The position numbers were made by a program, and so were the translations under genes. A DNA stretch of 64,000 bases from Felis catus (lineage: Eukaryota). The stretch lies in assembly GCF_018350175.1 (NCBI RefSeq), contig NC_058368.1, forward strand, positions 15,440,001-15,504,000, written 5' to 3'. Below are positions 25,022 through 37,875 of the stretch, one piece after another (the stretch's first letter is position 1; each line of letters begins with the position of its first letter). The notes beneath the pieces were generated by a model. That model ran no database searches. It worked only from the letters and a program-made list of their open reading frames with translations, and had not been told where the DNA came from.

Positions 25022-25620
25022 TTCATTCATTATTTTTAGTAAATATTTATTGGGTCCCTATAAAGTGCCAGGCATTGTGTCTGCTCAAAGATGAGTATGA
25101 AAATAAAGAAGACATTGCCACTTCTCTACTGTGGCTGGGGAGACAGACAAAGAGAAGGTAGTGTAGACTGGGGGCCAAAAAAGAATAGATAGGCAGCAGT
25201 GAGGCAAGAGGGACCTACAGAGGGGCTGGAACACAATGGGCTATTCTCGCTGGCTGAGCGGTCTGGACACATCCAATGTCATGGAGAGACACTGAAGGAT
25301 TTTAGGCAGAGGATTAACAAAGTGTTGTTTTAAAATTCTGATTCCACACAGGAGTATGAGATATGGATTATATGAGATTAGAACAGTGGCAGACTTTCTA
25401 GTGAGGAAGCTAAACTACAATAATCCAGAAGACAGATGATTAGGGCCCAAGCCAAGGCAGTGAAATAGGATGAAAAAGGGACTGAATGCAGAGAGATCTC
25501 ATAGAGAAAATCAATAGGTTTAGTGTTTTAAGAGATGAGAGAGGGGAATAGGGAGGAAGAGGAAGTAATCTATGAAGATTTTCAGATTTATGGCTTGCTG
25601 GGCTGATTCTGATATTTTAC
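25022..25620 (-). mobile_element. L2 fragments
   Basis: TTCATTCATT..AAATATTTATTGGGTCCCTATAAAGTGCCAGGCATTGTG and ACTGAAGGATTTTAGGCAGAGG. Confidence 0.7.
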
Positions 25621-26362
25621 AGGTAGTTGAGGTAGAAGATAGAGCACCTACAAACTGGCTGCTGGGAATTTGTTGTTATTTTTTTTTTCCTTGCCTCTAT
25701 CTCTTAGCAGCAGTTTAAACCTCTGCTTACTCATCTGTAAAATGAGAGTAATTTTTTCCTTAGGATTTTAAAAGGAGAATTAAATAAGATAATATAAGAA
25801 AGGAACAAACAAAATAGGCCCTGCAACAAAATAGGATCTGTCAGTCAAGATTCAGTTCAGGAAAGAGAAACCACATAAGGTATATCAAGCATAAAGGTAT
25901 CTAGTAAAGGAAACAAGATGTCTGCAAAATAATTACAAAGACTAGAGGAATGACTGACACAGACAGTAAGCTTTTAGGTATACCACTGCAACTACCATTA
26001 GGAAGTAAGAAAGCCGCTGTTGCTGCTACCCAGAAGCCAGGTGGCTCCAACAGATGTCAACATCACAGATGCTGTGCAACCACCAAACTAGTAATGAAAT
26101 GTAAAGCCCAGTCACTGAGCACATCCACCAAGGGCCACGTGTCAATTACCACTGTGTCTGGAGGGAGAATGGCTCTCCCTCCCTTTCACCTCACAAACAC
26201 ATATAAGTGCATTCGTTTGATAGAATATCAATTGCATCCAGAACTGTATGTGAAATTCTTAGGTTTCTGGCTCCTCAAATATGAGGCAAAGTATAGAAGA
26301 TAGTGGAACTGAAAAATAACCAATAAATAATACCTGGCTCAGTTTGAGAATGACTGGCACTA

Positions 26363-27779
26363 CTTATTCTTGAAATATCTGATAAAATGCACTGTGGAAG
26401 CCATCTGCTCCTGGGCTTTTCTTTGTTGGGAGGTTTTTGATTACTGATTTAGCCTCTTTACTCGTTATCAGTCTGCTCAGATTTTCTATTTCTTCATGAT
26501 TCGTATCGTAAGTTAATAGGTTGTGCAAATGTAGGAATTTATCCATTCTTCTAGGTTGTCCAGTTTGTTGGCATGTAATTATTCTTAGTAGTCTCTCATG
26601 ATGCTTTTGTATCTCGTAGTATCAGTTGTCTCCTCTTCCATTTCTAATTTTATTTATTTACCTCCTTTTCCTTCTTGGTAAATCTAGCAGAGGTTTGCCA
26701 ATTTTGCTTATCTTTTCAAAAAACCAACTAATTATTAATCTTTGTTATTGTTTCTCTTTTGTTTCATTTACTTCTCTGATCTTTATTATCTCCTTTCTAT
26801 TAACTTTGGGCTAATTTGTTCTTTTTCTAGTTCCTTGAGGTATAAAATTGGGTTATTTATTTGAGATCCTTCTTTTTTTGTAAATATAGGCAATTATCAT
26901 TATAAACTTCCCTCTTAGAACTGCTTTAGTGGCATATCGTAAGTTTTGGTATTTTGTGTTTCCATTTTGATTTGTTTTCAGATTTTTTTTTTATTTAATT
27001 TTTCATTTCTCCTTTGGCCCACTGGTTGTTCAGGAGTGTATGGCATAATTTCAACATATTTGTGAATTTTACAGGTTTTCTCCCGTTATTGATTTCTAGT
27101 TTCATACCATTGTGGTCATAAAAGATACTTGGTATGACTTCAATCTTTTTAAATTTGTTAAGATTTGTATTGTGACTTAATATGTGACCTATCCTGGAGA
27201 ACGTTCCATATGCACTTGAGAAGAACATGTATTCTGATGTTGTCAGATGGAATGTTCTGTGTATGTCTGTAAGGTCCATTTGTTCTAACATGTAGCTCAT
27301 ATCCAATGTTTCCCCATTGCTTTTCTATGTGGATGACCCATCTATTGTTGAAACTAGGGGATTAAAGTTCTACTATTGTATTGTTGTCTACTTCTTCCTT
27401 TAGACCTGTTAGTATTTGCTTAATGTATCTAGGAGCTCCAATGCTGAATTCATATACATTTACAATTGTATATGTATTCAATTCACCAAGAAGGAACACT
27501 TTATCATCATGTAACGAACTTTGTCTCTCGTTACAGTTTTTGACTAAAAGTCTCTATTGACTTTATATAAGTATATAAAGACAAAGTATGTGAATTTGAA
27601 TATATAAATATAGCCACCCCCACTTTCTTTTGGTTTTAATTTGCGTGGAATATCTCTTTCCATCCCTTTACTTTGAGCCTATATGTGTCTTTAAAGCTGA
27701 ATTGAGCCTCTTATAGGCAGCATGTAGTTGGGTCTTTTTTTTTTTTTTTTTTTTTTTAATCATTCAGCCACTCTGTGCC
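26363..27779 (-). mobile_element. LINE-1 (L1M) ORF2 endonuclease/linker region, inverted segment
   Basis: Minus ORFs MDLTDIHRTFH..FFSSAYGTFSRIGHIL..DHNGMKLEIN and NLPTKKSPGADGF..FYQIF. Confidence 0.92.
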
Positions 27780-28562
27780 AGAGCAATTAGGCAAGAAAAA
27801 GAAGTAAAGGTATCCAAATCAGTAACAAAGAAGTAAAATTATCTCTGTTTGTAGATATTATAATATTACATTTAGAAAATCCTAAAGATCCCATCCAAAA
27901 AAACATGCAAATTAATACACACATTCAATAAAGTTGCAGGACATAAAATCAACATACAAAAATCAGTTGCATTTTTATACACTATCAATGAACCATCTGA
28001 AAAAGAATAAAGAAAACAATACCATTTACAACAGCAGCAAAAACAATAAAATACTTAGAAATAAATTTAAGTGAGGAAATGGAAGATCTGTACACAGAAA
28101 ACTAAAAGACATTGATTAAGAAAGTTGAAGAAGACGCAAATAAATGGAAATGGAAAAATACCTTGTGTTTGTGAGTTAACATAAAAACAGGTATGTAGAC
28201 CAATGGAACAGAAAAGCAAGAGTCCAGAAATAAATCCAAGTATTTATGGTCAACTAATATATGATGAAGAAGACAAGAATACTCAATGGGGAAAAAATAG
28301 TTTCTTATATAAATGGTGCTGGGAAAACTGGATATCTATGCTCAAAAAATGAAATTGGATGGGAGAAATGGGTTAAAGTGGTAAAAAGGTACAAATGTCC
28401 AGTTATAAGATAAGTAAGTTCTGGGGATGAAATGCATAGCAATGTGACTATATAGATACCAATACCGTATTGCAATATGACCTGTATCAAATCATTATGT
28501 TATATACCTTAAACTAATACAATGTTACATGTCAGTTATATCTCAATAAAGCTGCAAAAAAA
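27780..28562 (+). mobile_element. LINE-1 (L1M) RT fragment and L1MA-type 3'UTR
   Basis: GAGCAATTAGGCAAGAAAAAGAAG..AAAGAAGTAAAATTATCTCTGTTTG (RAIRQEKE..KEVKLSLF). Ends ATCTCAATAAAGCTGCAAAAA. Confidence 0.9.
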
Positions 28563-29469
28563 TGCTAATCAATGGTCAAACAAACAAATGAACTAGAGAG
28601 CTTTCATTAGCTTTATCAACATGGGTGTCATTGTTTTCCTTGGCAGGTTAAGTGTCAACGACAGAAGCAAAGTTAGGTTTCTACGTTGTGAGGAATGGGT
28701 CTTTGGTATGGACTCCTTCAAGAAGCACAGCCATGGAGGAAAGAGATGGGACAGGGAGAAAAAAAATGTGTTTAAAAAAAATAGCTCTGCATCATAAAAT
28801 GAACTACTAAGATGTTAATATAAGTTCTTTTCACTTCCAGCTATCTTTGGTAGCTATGTGTCTGTGTAATGTATTCCGAAAATACTTCGTTAGGTCTGGG
28901 ATGATGATCACCCAACATCATAATGGCTCTTCCAAATGGTATTATTTTCTTTCACTTTTTTCATAGCTTGAATTCTTTATAATGAGCATAAATTGTTTAA
29001 ACAAAAGCAAGTGTCATTATCCCCTAAAGAAAATGAATTTTCTCCATACTTAGAGTGAATTGGTACTTAAGGTTATTTTATACAAATGGCATTTTTATTG
29101 ATAAAGTCTAGGACAAGGAAACCCAGTGTCTATGTAGGTATCAAACTTTTTCCTGGACTCGGGGTTTTTAAAGGTAATTATGCTATCGGAACATCTAAAG
29201 AGAAATACAGGATGAAGGAGGTTGGAAATTAACCCTAAAACTTATTCCACATGGCTAGAACCTTACATTGAATACTAGCTTCACAGTTTAAGATGCGGGA
29301 TTCTAAGATGGAGGGAAATAAAGAGACCAGAACCCAGTGCCTTAAGTTATAAATGGAAACTGAGGCCCAGGAAGGACCTGGCCAAGACCACACAACTGAA
29401 AGAATGGGAAGTCAGACCCTTGAATCTCGGACTGAGACTCCACCCACTAGGTCAAAGGGCTCATGAGTG

Positions 29470-29620
29470 ACATAGAGAATTTGGAGAACCTCAGAAAGGG
29501 CCAAGAATTAGAAAATAGGAGTAGAACAAAAGGCTGGAGAATTTGGGATTATTTAAACTGGAAAAGAAAAGACTGAAGGGTTGCTTAATAATTTCCCATT
29601 ACAAAAGGAACAATCTTTTT
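29470..29620 (+). mobile_element. CR1/L3 LINE fossil
   Basis: 29528-29581 translates KRLENLGLFKLEKKRLKG, like the CR1 ORF2 motif ERLRELGLFSLEKRRLRG. Confidence 0.7.
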
Positions 29621-30310
29621 TATCTCTCCTAATGAAATAGATAAGTTTGGTCCACACTTTGCCCATGCTGTTTTTTCCATCTAAAATACTGCTTCTGTTT
29701 ACTCCGCACCTACGCACATATAACTCCCCCTCCCCCAATGTCATTAGATGAGTCCCACTCTTTCTAAACCTTCCCTAGATGAACTTTATCCTCTTAGGTC
29801 TCCTCCTCCTTTAGCACTGATGGCGGGGATGGGACCAAAAAGATTGACATTATGCCTGTTTCACTAGAATGTGTCTTACCCCTTCTGAGAGATCTATCCC
29901 AATCCTTCAATCTGTAACCCTACTGACTTTTGTCATGGCCTAATAAAGCGCTGCACTTACAGTAGATAATAAATATTTGTACAATTTAATTAAACCATGG
30001 CATTGTAATTATAATTTATGTTAAATATAAAACATATTCTGCTAATTGCAAATATTATTATTAAGTAGTATACAAACACTCTGTCTACTACTTAAAAAAA
30101 AAAAGGCATATTATCTATGTAGGAAATTTAAGAACCCAAAGCACAAGGTTGCACAGATGAACTCCAATCCTGAAGTTCAAGTCTGAGCCTTATGATTCTG
30201 TCATTATCTACACTGAATTACAAAGTATGTGTCTCTCAAATATACTTCTTCAAAAGATGCACACAGAGGTTTCATCTCTCGGTAAAGTTGATTTAAACTA
30301 CTACAAAATC

Positions 30311-30535
30311 GGGGCACCTAGGTGGCTCAGCTGGTTGAGCATCTGACTCTTGATTTCAGCTCAGGTCATGATCTCGTGGTTCCTGGGATCAAGCCCCACA
30401 ATGGGCTCTGTGCTGAGAGTGTAGAGCCTGTTTGCGATTCTCTCTCTCCCTCTCTTTCTGCCCCTCTCCCACTTGGGTTCATGGGCTTGCAAGCATTTTC
30501 TCTCTCTCAAAATAAATAAACATCTTAAAAAACCC
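30311..30535 (+). mobile_element. CanSINE
   Basis: Head, core and tail. TSD AAAC(T/C)ACT(A/G)CAAAATC. Confidence 0.92.
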
Positions 30536-30727
30536 CCACAAAAACCCAAAAAAACCACTGCAAAATCAAACTGATGAATCACTCAATTGATGAGATATTT
30601 GTAATGATTTTCCATAACATATAAATAAAATGAATAAATCAAATGAATGATTCAATGATCATATGATCAGAATATTCTAGTTCTATCCAAATAATGAGAA
30701 CCACATGCAAAAGCCACCTTATTGCTC

Positions 30728-30927
30728 TAATGTTACAAAAGATGATTAACTATAGATGCACTCACTCTTTATGAATGACTAATCTATTATCTCTAATATT
30801 TATAAAATGTAACTTTTTTCAAATGTTTAATGTTACAAAAGATAATTAACTATAGATGCACTCACTCTTTATGAATGACTAATCTATTATCTCTAATATT
30901 TATAAAATGTAACTTTTTGCAAATGTT
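30728..30927. repeat. Direct tandem duplication, 2 x 100 bp
   Basis: 30728-30827 and 30828-30927 differ at two positions (30744/30844 and 30819/30919). Confidence 0.97.
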
Positions 30928-31641
30928 TCTGTAGCCTCCCCCCCCCCCCATTTTCTTATTTTTACTCAAGTCAGTGATACAGTGAAGAAGACAGGATGTC
31001 ACTAAGTGACCTCAGCAGATAGAAAGAAAAAGAAATCACTTATAAGATACTGCATTCCTGCATATTTTAGATGATTAACCTTAAGGATTTTTACTGTTGT
31101 TTTAACTAAAACCACTCTAATTTCATGCTTCCAAAGTTTTACTTTCACCATAAAACATATGCCTGGGACTTGCCCTTTTATTAGCATGTAAATCTATTAA
31201 TATAAGAAACATGATCTTTGGGATAATGAATTACTTGCTCTCCAGTAGAGCTCACTAAAACGTTGCCTCTAAAATGGCCTTCCTAAGAGGCAGACCTCTT
31301 TAAAAAATTAATGGGGATCATGAATTAAGTTTGTGAAATTTGTAGCATTTCCGTTTAGTAATAGCTATTCTTTCCTATAGATAAAGATGGCATTTGGTGC
31401 CCTTTGGGATGTTTTCATGTCTAATAATATGAAATATAATACAATTTCAGAATAAGTAGAGCTTTTAAATGTCATTTAAAATGTGACACAGCTTAATGAA
31501 AGGAAACAACCAAACTGTCTTTGTCACTTCAACATATTTCAGGCCTCTGCTTTGCATGACTTAAGGTCGCTTGAAAAACAGCCATGCTCTAGTGCAGGAT
31601 TTGAGAGGCGGCCATGTCTGGAACAGAAAGTCCTCCTAACG

Positions 31642-31945
31642 TAGAGATGTACGTACTGTGAAGGTAATGAAGCTGACCGTTCAGGGACCTCCCTTGCACA
31701 GCGCTGTGAAGGCCACAGACGCTGGGCTATAGCGCCCTAGAAGGGAGCGCAAGCCAGCTTCCAACCAGGAAGCATTCCCATGTGCTCATTGTTGGTGAGC
31801 TGCCTAAAGAGATCTCTGAATCTTTGAGCCTTCCATAATTTGTTGTGATTTATTTTTCTCATTTTAACTTAGATCGCTTTTGTGACTTGGTGTATTTTTC
31901 CCTAGAGGGATCTCCAAATCATGTTTCAGGCCCACAAAACAGCAA
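31642..31945. mobile_element. hAT-Tip100 non-autonomous element (Zaphod/MER115-like)
   Basis: Start ACTGTGAAGGTAATGAAGCT..TTCAGGGACCTCCCTTGCAC and end TAGAGGGATCTCCAAAT..TTCAGGCCCACAAAAC resemble the Zaphod/MER115 termini. Confidence 0.65.
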
Positions 31946-32619
31946 GAAGGATTTCTTTGCAAAGAAAATTTGTTTTAAAGAATCTTTTCAGTCGACATTT
32001 TCTGAGTTTCATTAGTTTCACCAATGCCCCCCCACTGTAATTTGTGTGAATGTAGGTAGACAAATGCTCTGCACAAATGGTCATTGGGATATCAGTGGTT
32101 AAACCCCAAATGCCAAAGGCAACTAAGCTGCAGAGGCAAATGAAAGCCCTGATTTAGAAGTAGCAGCACAGACCCTTAGAACAACAGGGGGATCAGTGCA
32201 ACAGAATGACCCAGCAGATGTTAATTCCAACCTCACTACTAGGCAGGGTACTTCTATAGGGTCTGCCTGAGGTTCTGACGCATCAAACAAAAGTCAGGGG
32301 AAAAATCATGATCTACCCTGAAATCTGTCAGCACAAAGTGAATTCAGGGACACAGAAAATTCAGCAGCCAGTGCACACCATGACGAACAATGTGACATGG
32401 AGATTTAAACCAATATGAGAAAAAAGACATCAAAAAATTAGAGGGGCCTCTGAGTACCATCTATCTTACTAATTCTATTCTGCTGAGCTAAAGCATCACA
32501 ACTTGAACATGGATCCACTTCTGATGAACTGATACTCGTCAATTATCCCGTAAGAGGTGGGCTAATAACACATAAATAGCACTCAAGGGAAAAAAAAACT
32601 CTTACTTTTAATTTCTTCT

Positions 32620-32843
32620 TTTTGAAACTTTTTAAAATGTTTTTATTTATTTTTGAGAGGGAGAGAGAGACAGAATATGAGTGGGGGAGGGGCAGAGAGA
32701 GAGGGAGGCACAGAATCTGGAAGCAGGCTCCAGGCTCTGAGCCATCAGCACAGAGCCTGACGCGGGGCTCGAACTCATGAACCGTGAGATCATGACCTGA
32801 GCTGAAGTCGGACGCTTAACTGACTGAGCCACCCAGGTGCCCC
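32620..32843 (-). mobile_element. CanSINE (SINEC_Fc-like)
   Basis: Reverse head, core and tail. Confidence 0.94.
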
Positions 32844-32959
32844 ATAATTTCATGACTTACTAGCATGCCTTGTACTGTAGAAAATTTGCCAACTATAACA
32901 AGGATATGGCAGTCCTGCATTGTAGTTAAGTTGGAGTATGTTATTTTTAAAAATAAATT

Positions 32960-33049
32960 CTTATATTTTATTATTTTTGTTTCTGAGAGAGAATGCACAT
33001 GTAAGTGCAAGTGGGGAGGGGCAGAGGGAGAGAGAGAGAGGGAGAGAGA

Positions 33050-33089
<40 letters not shown>

Positions 33090-33223
33090 CTCTTAAGCAG
33101 GCTCCATGCCCAGCAGGGAGCCCCACTCGCAGCTGGATCCCACAAATATAATGACACAAATATAATGACCTGTGCTGAAATCAAGAGTCAGACACTTAAC
33201 TGTCTGAGTCACCCAGGTGCCCC
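32960..33223 (-). mobile_element. CanSINE with expanded (GA)n
   Basis: Reverse SINE ending CACCCAGGTGCCCC. Confidence 0.88.
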
Positions 33224-33532
33224 CAGCATAAATTATTTTCAAGTAATTTCTATCATCTGCATGAAACAAACTTTCAATATTTAAAATAAATCTGTTTTCT
33301 AAACATTTCCACAAAACCAAAAAGTCAGAACACCATCTTTTGAAAGAAAAAAATTACAAGTGCTGACTCTAATGGTTAAAAGGCATTAGTAGTGAGAGAT
33401 GTTGGGAGTGTGGATGGGGAAGCGAGAATGGGAAGGGGAGGGGAGGGTATGGAGATGGGAGGCAAAGATCAAGGTTAAATCTAGTGAGAGGACTTTTTCA
33501 GGAGAAATTGCCTTCTAGCCAATACCTTAGGT

Positions 33533-34450
33533 CAGTGGTACTCCCCATAAAGTCCAAGGAAAGCTAAGGGTCTCTGAGACACTTCGAGGGTATTCAAAAC
33601 TCAAACTATTTTTATAATAATACTAAGAAATTATTTGCCTTTTCCTTGTGTTATTTTGCATCAATGGTGCAAAAGCAATAGTGGATAGAACTCTTGGTGG
33701 CTTAGCACAATGCAAAGCAGTGGTTCAAACTGTAACTAGTAAAATTTACCAGTTTTAATGTTATGTTTTTGTACTAGTATAATACACATTGTACGTCACT
33801 GCCATTCACTGCCAGGGGGGAAAAAGCCAGAAGAGTTTCACTTTAAATGTCTGTTACAAGGCAATACAGATTATTAATTTTATTAAATATCATCCCTTTA
33901 ATATACATCTTTTTAATATTCTGTTTGATTAAAGGGGTAGTATGCAAAAAGCACTTTTATTGCATACTGAACCATAAATGTCTCAAGGAAAAGCACTTGT
34001 AAGGCTGAGTTGTGAGCTTAATTAGCCACTTTTTTTGAGAGAATATCATTTTACTTGAATCAGTGAAGAATCATGTTTCTCCAGACTTGGGTATTTGGCA
34101 GACATTTTCTTAACAATGCACCAAGTAAGATTATCACTTCAAGGAAAATAACTGACAGTTTTGCTCCCATGATAAAATTCAAGCTTCAAAGCAAAAATTA
34201 GAATTTTAGACAAATTGTATCTACAAGTGTAAGCTTGACAGCTTTCCAACGCTCAAAGACTTTTCTGAAGAGATAGTAGTGATATTAATGCATATAATAT
34301 TTTATGGTGAAATATGCCAGCATTTGAAAGATCTGTACAACTCAGTGAATCAATATTATAAATGACCAATATATCATGTTATGAAATCATAAACGGGTAA
34401 AAGATATAAGATATCTTATAAGGTATAAGATAAAACAATAAATTTTAATA
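33533..34450 (+). mobile_element. Charlie1-family hAT transposon fragment with decayed transposase
   Basis: CAGTGGT terminus, CAAACTATTTTTATAATAATACTAAGA, DGAKAI-like motif, LGYLADIF at 34086-34109. Confidence 0.88.
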
Positions 34451-34524
34451 GCTTCATGATTCAACTACCTCTCAATACAGCATCAGGCTTCTCATGGGTC
34501 ATGGGTCATGTATTACATCAGAAG

Positions 34525-34728
34525 TTGTCTGAATCTGCCCCATGGCCTACTTTTGAAAATGGAGTTTTATTGGAACACAGCCAGGCCTATGTGTTATACA
34601 CTGTGGCTGCTTTAGGCCCAGACAGCACAGTTGAAGAGTTGTCACAGAAGCTTTTATGGCATATAACCCCCCAAAAACTTAAAAGAGGTACTGTTTGGCC
34701 ACTTACAGAATCAGTTTGCTTACCACTG
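34525..34728. mobile_element. MER58A-like hAT MITE
   Basis: AGTTTTATTGGAACACAGCCA..GGCTGCTTT..TTACAGAATCAGTTTGCTTACCACTG. Confidence 0.8.
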
Positions 34729-34764
34729 TCTTAAATTAATGTTCTGCAATTTACCCTGTTTCTA

Positions 34765-34945
34765 CCTTTCTTATAAGGACACCAGACATGCTGGATTAAG
34801 GGCCCCCCCCCTACTCTAGTATGACCTCATCTTAAATCTTAATCATATCTGCAACAAACCTATTTCCAAATGAGGTCACATTCTCAGGTACTATGGGTTA
34901 GGGCTTCAACATATCTTTTTGAAAGATGCACTTGAACCCATACAT
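34765..34945 (-). mobile_element. MaLR LTR fragment (MLT1B/C-like)
   Basis: TTATAAGGACACCAG..ATGACCTCATCTTAA..TTTCCAAATGAGGTCACATTCT..TTCAACATATC. Confidence 0.82.
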
Positions 34946-35048
34946 TCATACATAAGAAAATTAGCTTTGAAAAGGAAAACTGAAATGGAAAAATTATGAA
35001 CAAAGAAATTGTTAAACTATGTGAGTAAAACTAGAAAAAAATTGACTA

Positions 35049-35215
35049 CTCTCTCTCTCTCAAAATAAATAAATAAGCTCTGAAAAAGAAAGGGGGGGGC
35101 TGGGTAGCTCAGTCAATTGAGCATCTAACTCTTGATCTCTCTCCCCGCCCCACCCCCGTCCTGCTTGCACTTTCTCTCTCTCTCTCAAAATAAATAAATA
35201 AATTAACTTAAAAAA
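35049..35215 (+). mobile_element. CanSINE remnants (tail-only piece plus internally deleted copy)
   Basis: (CT)nCAAAATAAATAAA occurs twice. The head GGCTGGGTAGCTCAGTC..ACTCTTGATCTC joins directly to the (CT)n region. Confidence 0.8.
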
Positions 35216-35299
35216 ACTTCTTTTTGAAGGAGTATGCAAGCACACGAGTTTGAAGGCCATGCAACAGTCTAGTCATTTCCTTCCAAACACCTTTAAGTC

Positions 35300-36810
35300 C
35301 TCTGTCCTCTCCTGTCATTGCACTCATCAGGCTTAAGTCTAACCCTGGTTCAACCCAACTAATTACCAATTCCACACCTGTACTCAAGCAGCTCACTGTC
35401 GCTGAAGAGAAGCCTGAGACCATGCTGACTGGTTTCACATTCAATCCACGATTACAACGCTCTAGAGGATACACCACACTGCCTAGCGGTCCTACTAGTC
35501 TGGCATGTTCAACTACTTCACACCTTTTCTTTCCTCAACATTCCTATCTCACTGCCTCCACATCTCAACTAGCAGCTTATAACTTTACCTCATAGCTCCT
35601 TGAGAAAATGGTTGGAATAAAATCAGACCTTGCTCATCTTCTCTCCAGCAACCTTCATTTGAACCCATGCTTTGCCTCCCCACTTATCACTATGGTGACG
35701 TCGCTCCCACAGAAGTCTGCATTCCTCTTACGCTCTGGGCCCTGTCCTCTCTCAGCTCCTTGAAGACACTGTCCCTAAAGTTACCTCCTCTTACATGTAT
35801 CATCACCAATACCTCTTTATATCACATCACACCCATCAACTTAACAACGTGCTTTCATATATCCTGTCTTAAAAAACCCTCCCATCTCTCCACTTTCCTT
35901 CAGAGATGAACTTCTGAAAAGTCTTCTATGTTGCCATTTCACTTCCTTAGCTTACATTTTCCACCCAGTCCATTCCAAACAGACTTCCTTCACACCATTC
36001 CATGAAGATATTTCATTAAGGACAATGATAGTTTCCATGTTGCCAAATCCAATGGCTACTTCTCTCTTCTTATCTAATGGATCCATTGATCACTTCTTCC
36101 TACTTGATCTCTAATTTTGGAGTTCTCCCTGATTTAGTGTTAGTTCCTCTCTCCAGTCAACAGACACCTTTAGGTACTTTACCTTGTGGTTAAAATACCA
36201 TTGTTATGCTAATGATTTTCTAATCTACATGTCAAACTTGATTTCTTTCCAGAAGGGCCTACTTGCCATCTTCATTTTTATATCCAATAGATATCTTCAA
36301 TCTAACTTGGTGAACATAAAACTTTGGATTCCTTTTTTTTTTTTTTTAATATTTATTTATTTATTTATTTAGAGAAAGAGAGATGGAGTGAGAGAGGGGC
36401 AGAGACAGACAGAGACAGAGCGGGGGGGGGGGGGGGGCGGGGGGAGAGAGAAAGAAAGAGAGAATCCCAAGCAGGCTCGACACTGTAAGCACACAGCCGA
36501 TGCAGGGCTCGATCCCATGAACCGTGAGATCATGACCTGAGCCAAAATTAAAAGTCAGACACTTAACTGACTGAGCCACTCAAGTGCCCCAAGGATTTCT
36601 AATATCTCTATAACAGACTCTCAACCCCATACCTGTATTCTCCTTATATTCAGTCTCAGTTAATGGCATGATCATTCACTTAGTTCTTAAACCAAATTAA
36701 ACCAAAGTTGAGCAGTTACCCTTGATACCTCTATTTTTCTTATTACTTATATCTAATCTCTCCCCCCCAAAAAATCTGTCTTCTAAATCTTCAAAATATA
36801 TCCATACTGA
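35300..36810 (+). mobile_element. L2 fragments, interrupted by a SINE
   Basis: CATGTTGCCAAATCCAATGG, TATGCTAATGA..AATCTAC, CTCAGTTAATGGCA..CTTCAAAATATATCC are L2 3'-region motifs. Confidence 0.65.
36333..36590 (-). mobile_element. CanSINE
   Basis: Reverse SINE with an internal poly-G run. Confidence 0.92.
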
Positions 36811-37264
36811 TTGCTTTGAGAGTTGCTTTGTGGCCTATTAATTGGCTAGTTACTAAAAATGGTTAATAGATATTTAAGAAGAATGTGTATTCTCACTGGA
36901 GGGATGTTCATAAGATCAAGCTTATTAACTGTATTTTTTAAGTAAAATCTTCTATATTTTTACTAATTTTTTGTCTTGATCAGTTTTTGAGATGAGTTTT
37001 AAAATACTCTAATGTTGGATTGTCTTCAGATAAATCTGGTAATTTTGACTTTTGTATATTTGAGACCTAATTGTTAAGTATACATAATTTAGAATTGGCT
37101 ATCACTCAGTGAATTTTAACTGTTTATCATTTTATAGTGTCTCTTCTTATCTATAAATAATAATTTTTCCTCAAAGTATTTTTTCTAATACTAATGTATC
37201 TGCATCAAGACTGGTTTAATAAACTTTCTTCTATCCTTTTACTTTGGATGTTACTATATCCTTT

Positions 37265-37679
37265 TGATGTGGGGAACAAAGGGAAAAGGAAATGTAGATA
37301 AAATTAAATTTCCTTATAACCTACAGCCCATTGAAAAATACTTGAGGCAGGTAGAGTATAACATTCTTCCAGGAACTCCCAACTGTTTTAATGTTAATGT
37401 TTGCTAGAGGGGGCAAACAACCTTAGCTTGACAGCAGCTAGGCCTCCAGGATCCTTGAGTCTTCTTTAGCTTATGAAAATCCTTTCAGAAACTCCCCTTG
37501 TCTTTACCTTCCCCAACTCCCAAGTATATAATCAACTGCTCATCACAATCCCAGTGTAGCTCTTTCTGCCCATGGGTCCTGTCCCCGTACTTGAATAAAA
37601 CTGCCTTTTTGCACCCAAGACATCTCAAGAATTATTTCTAGGCTGTTGGCTCCAAACCCCAACACTTCAAACTATATCA
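37265..37679 (+). mobile_element. Solo ERV1-class LTR (MER34-like/carnivore LTR)
   Basis: TGATGT...ATATCA inverted termini, 4-bp TSD CTTT/CTTA, TATATAA at ~37525, AATAAA at ~37594. Confidence 0.8.
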
Positions 37680-37816
37680 CTTATATTTTAGATAATTCTC
37701 TTCTAACACCTCTTATCTGGTTGACAATCCTGGCCTTCCAACTGGAGAGTTTAGTGCACTTACATTTAATATTATTACTGGTATATTTGGAATTATTGCT
37801 ATCCCCTAATCATTCA

Positions 37817-37821
<5 letters not shown>

Positions 37822-37873
<52 letters not shown>
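37822..37873. repeat. (TG)n microsatellite
   Basis: About 25 TG units. Confidence 0.95.

Positions 37874-37875
<2 letters not shown>

Noticed and set aside
31543..31648. Apparent exon TTTCAG|...GCCATGTCTGGA (MSGTESPPNVE)...|GTACGT
   Set aside because: The donor lies in the terminus of a Zaphod/MER115-like transposon, two short upstream ORFs precede the ATG, and the peptide is unrecognised.
34405..34420. 16-bp palindrome TATAAGATATCTTATA
   Set aside because: AT-rich, low complexity and inside a decayed transposon, so probably a local mutational event.
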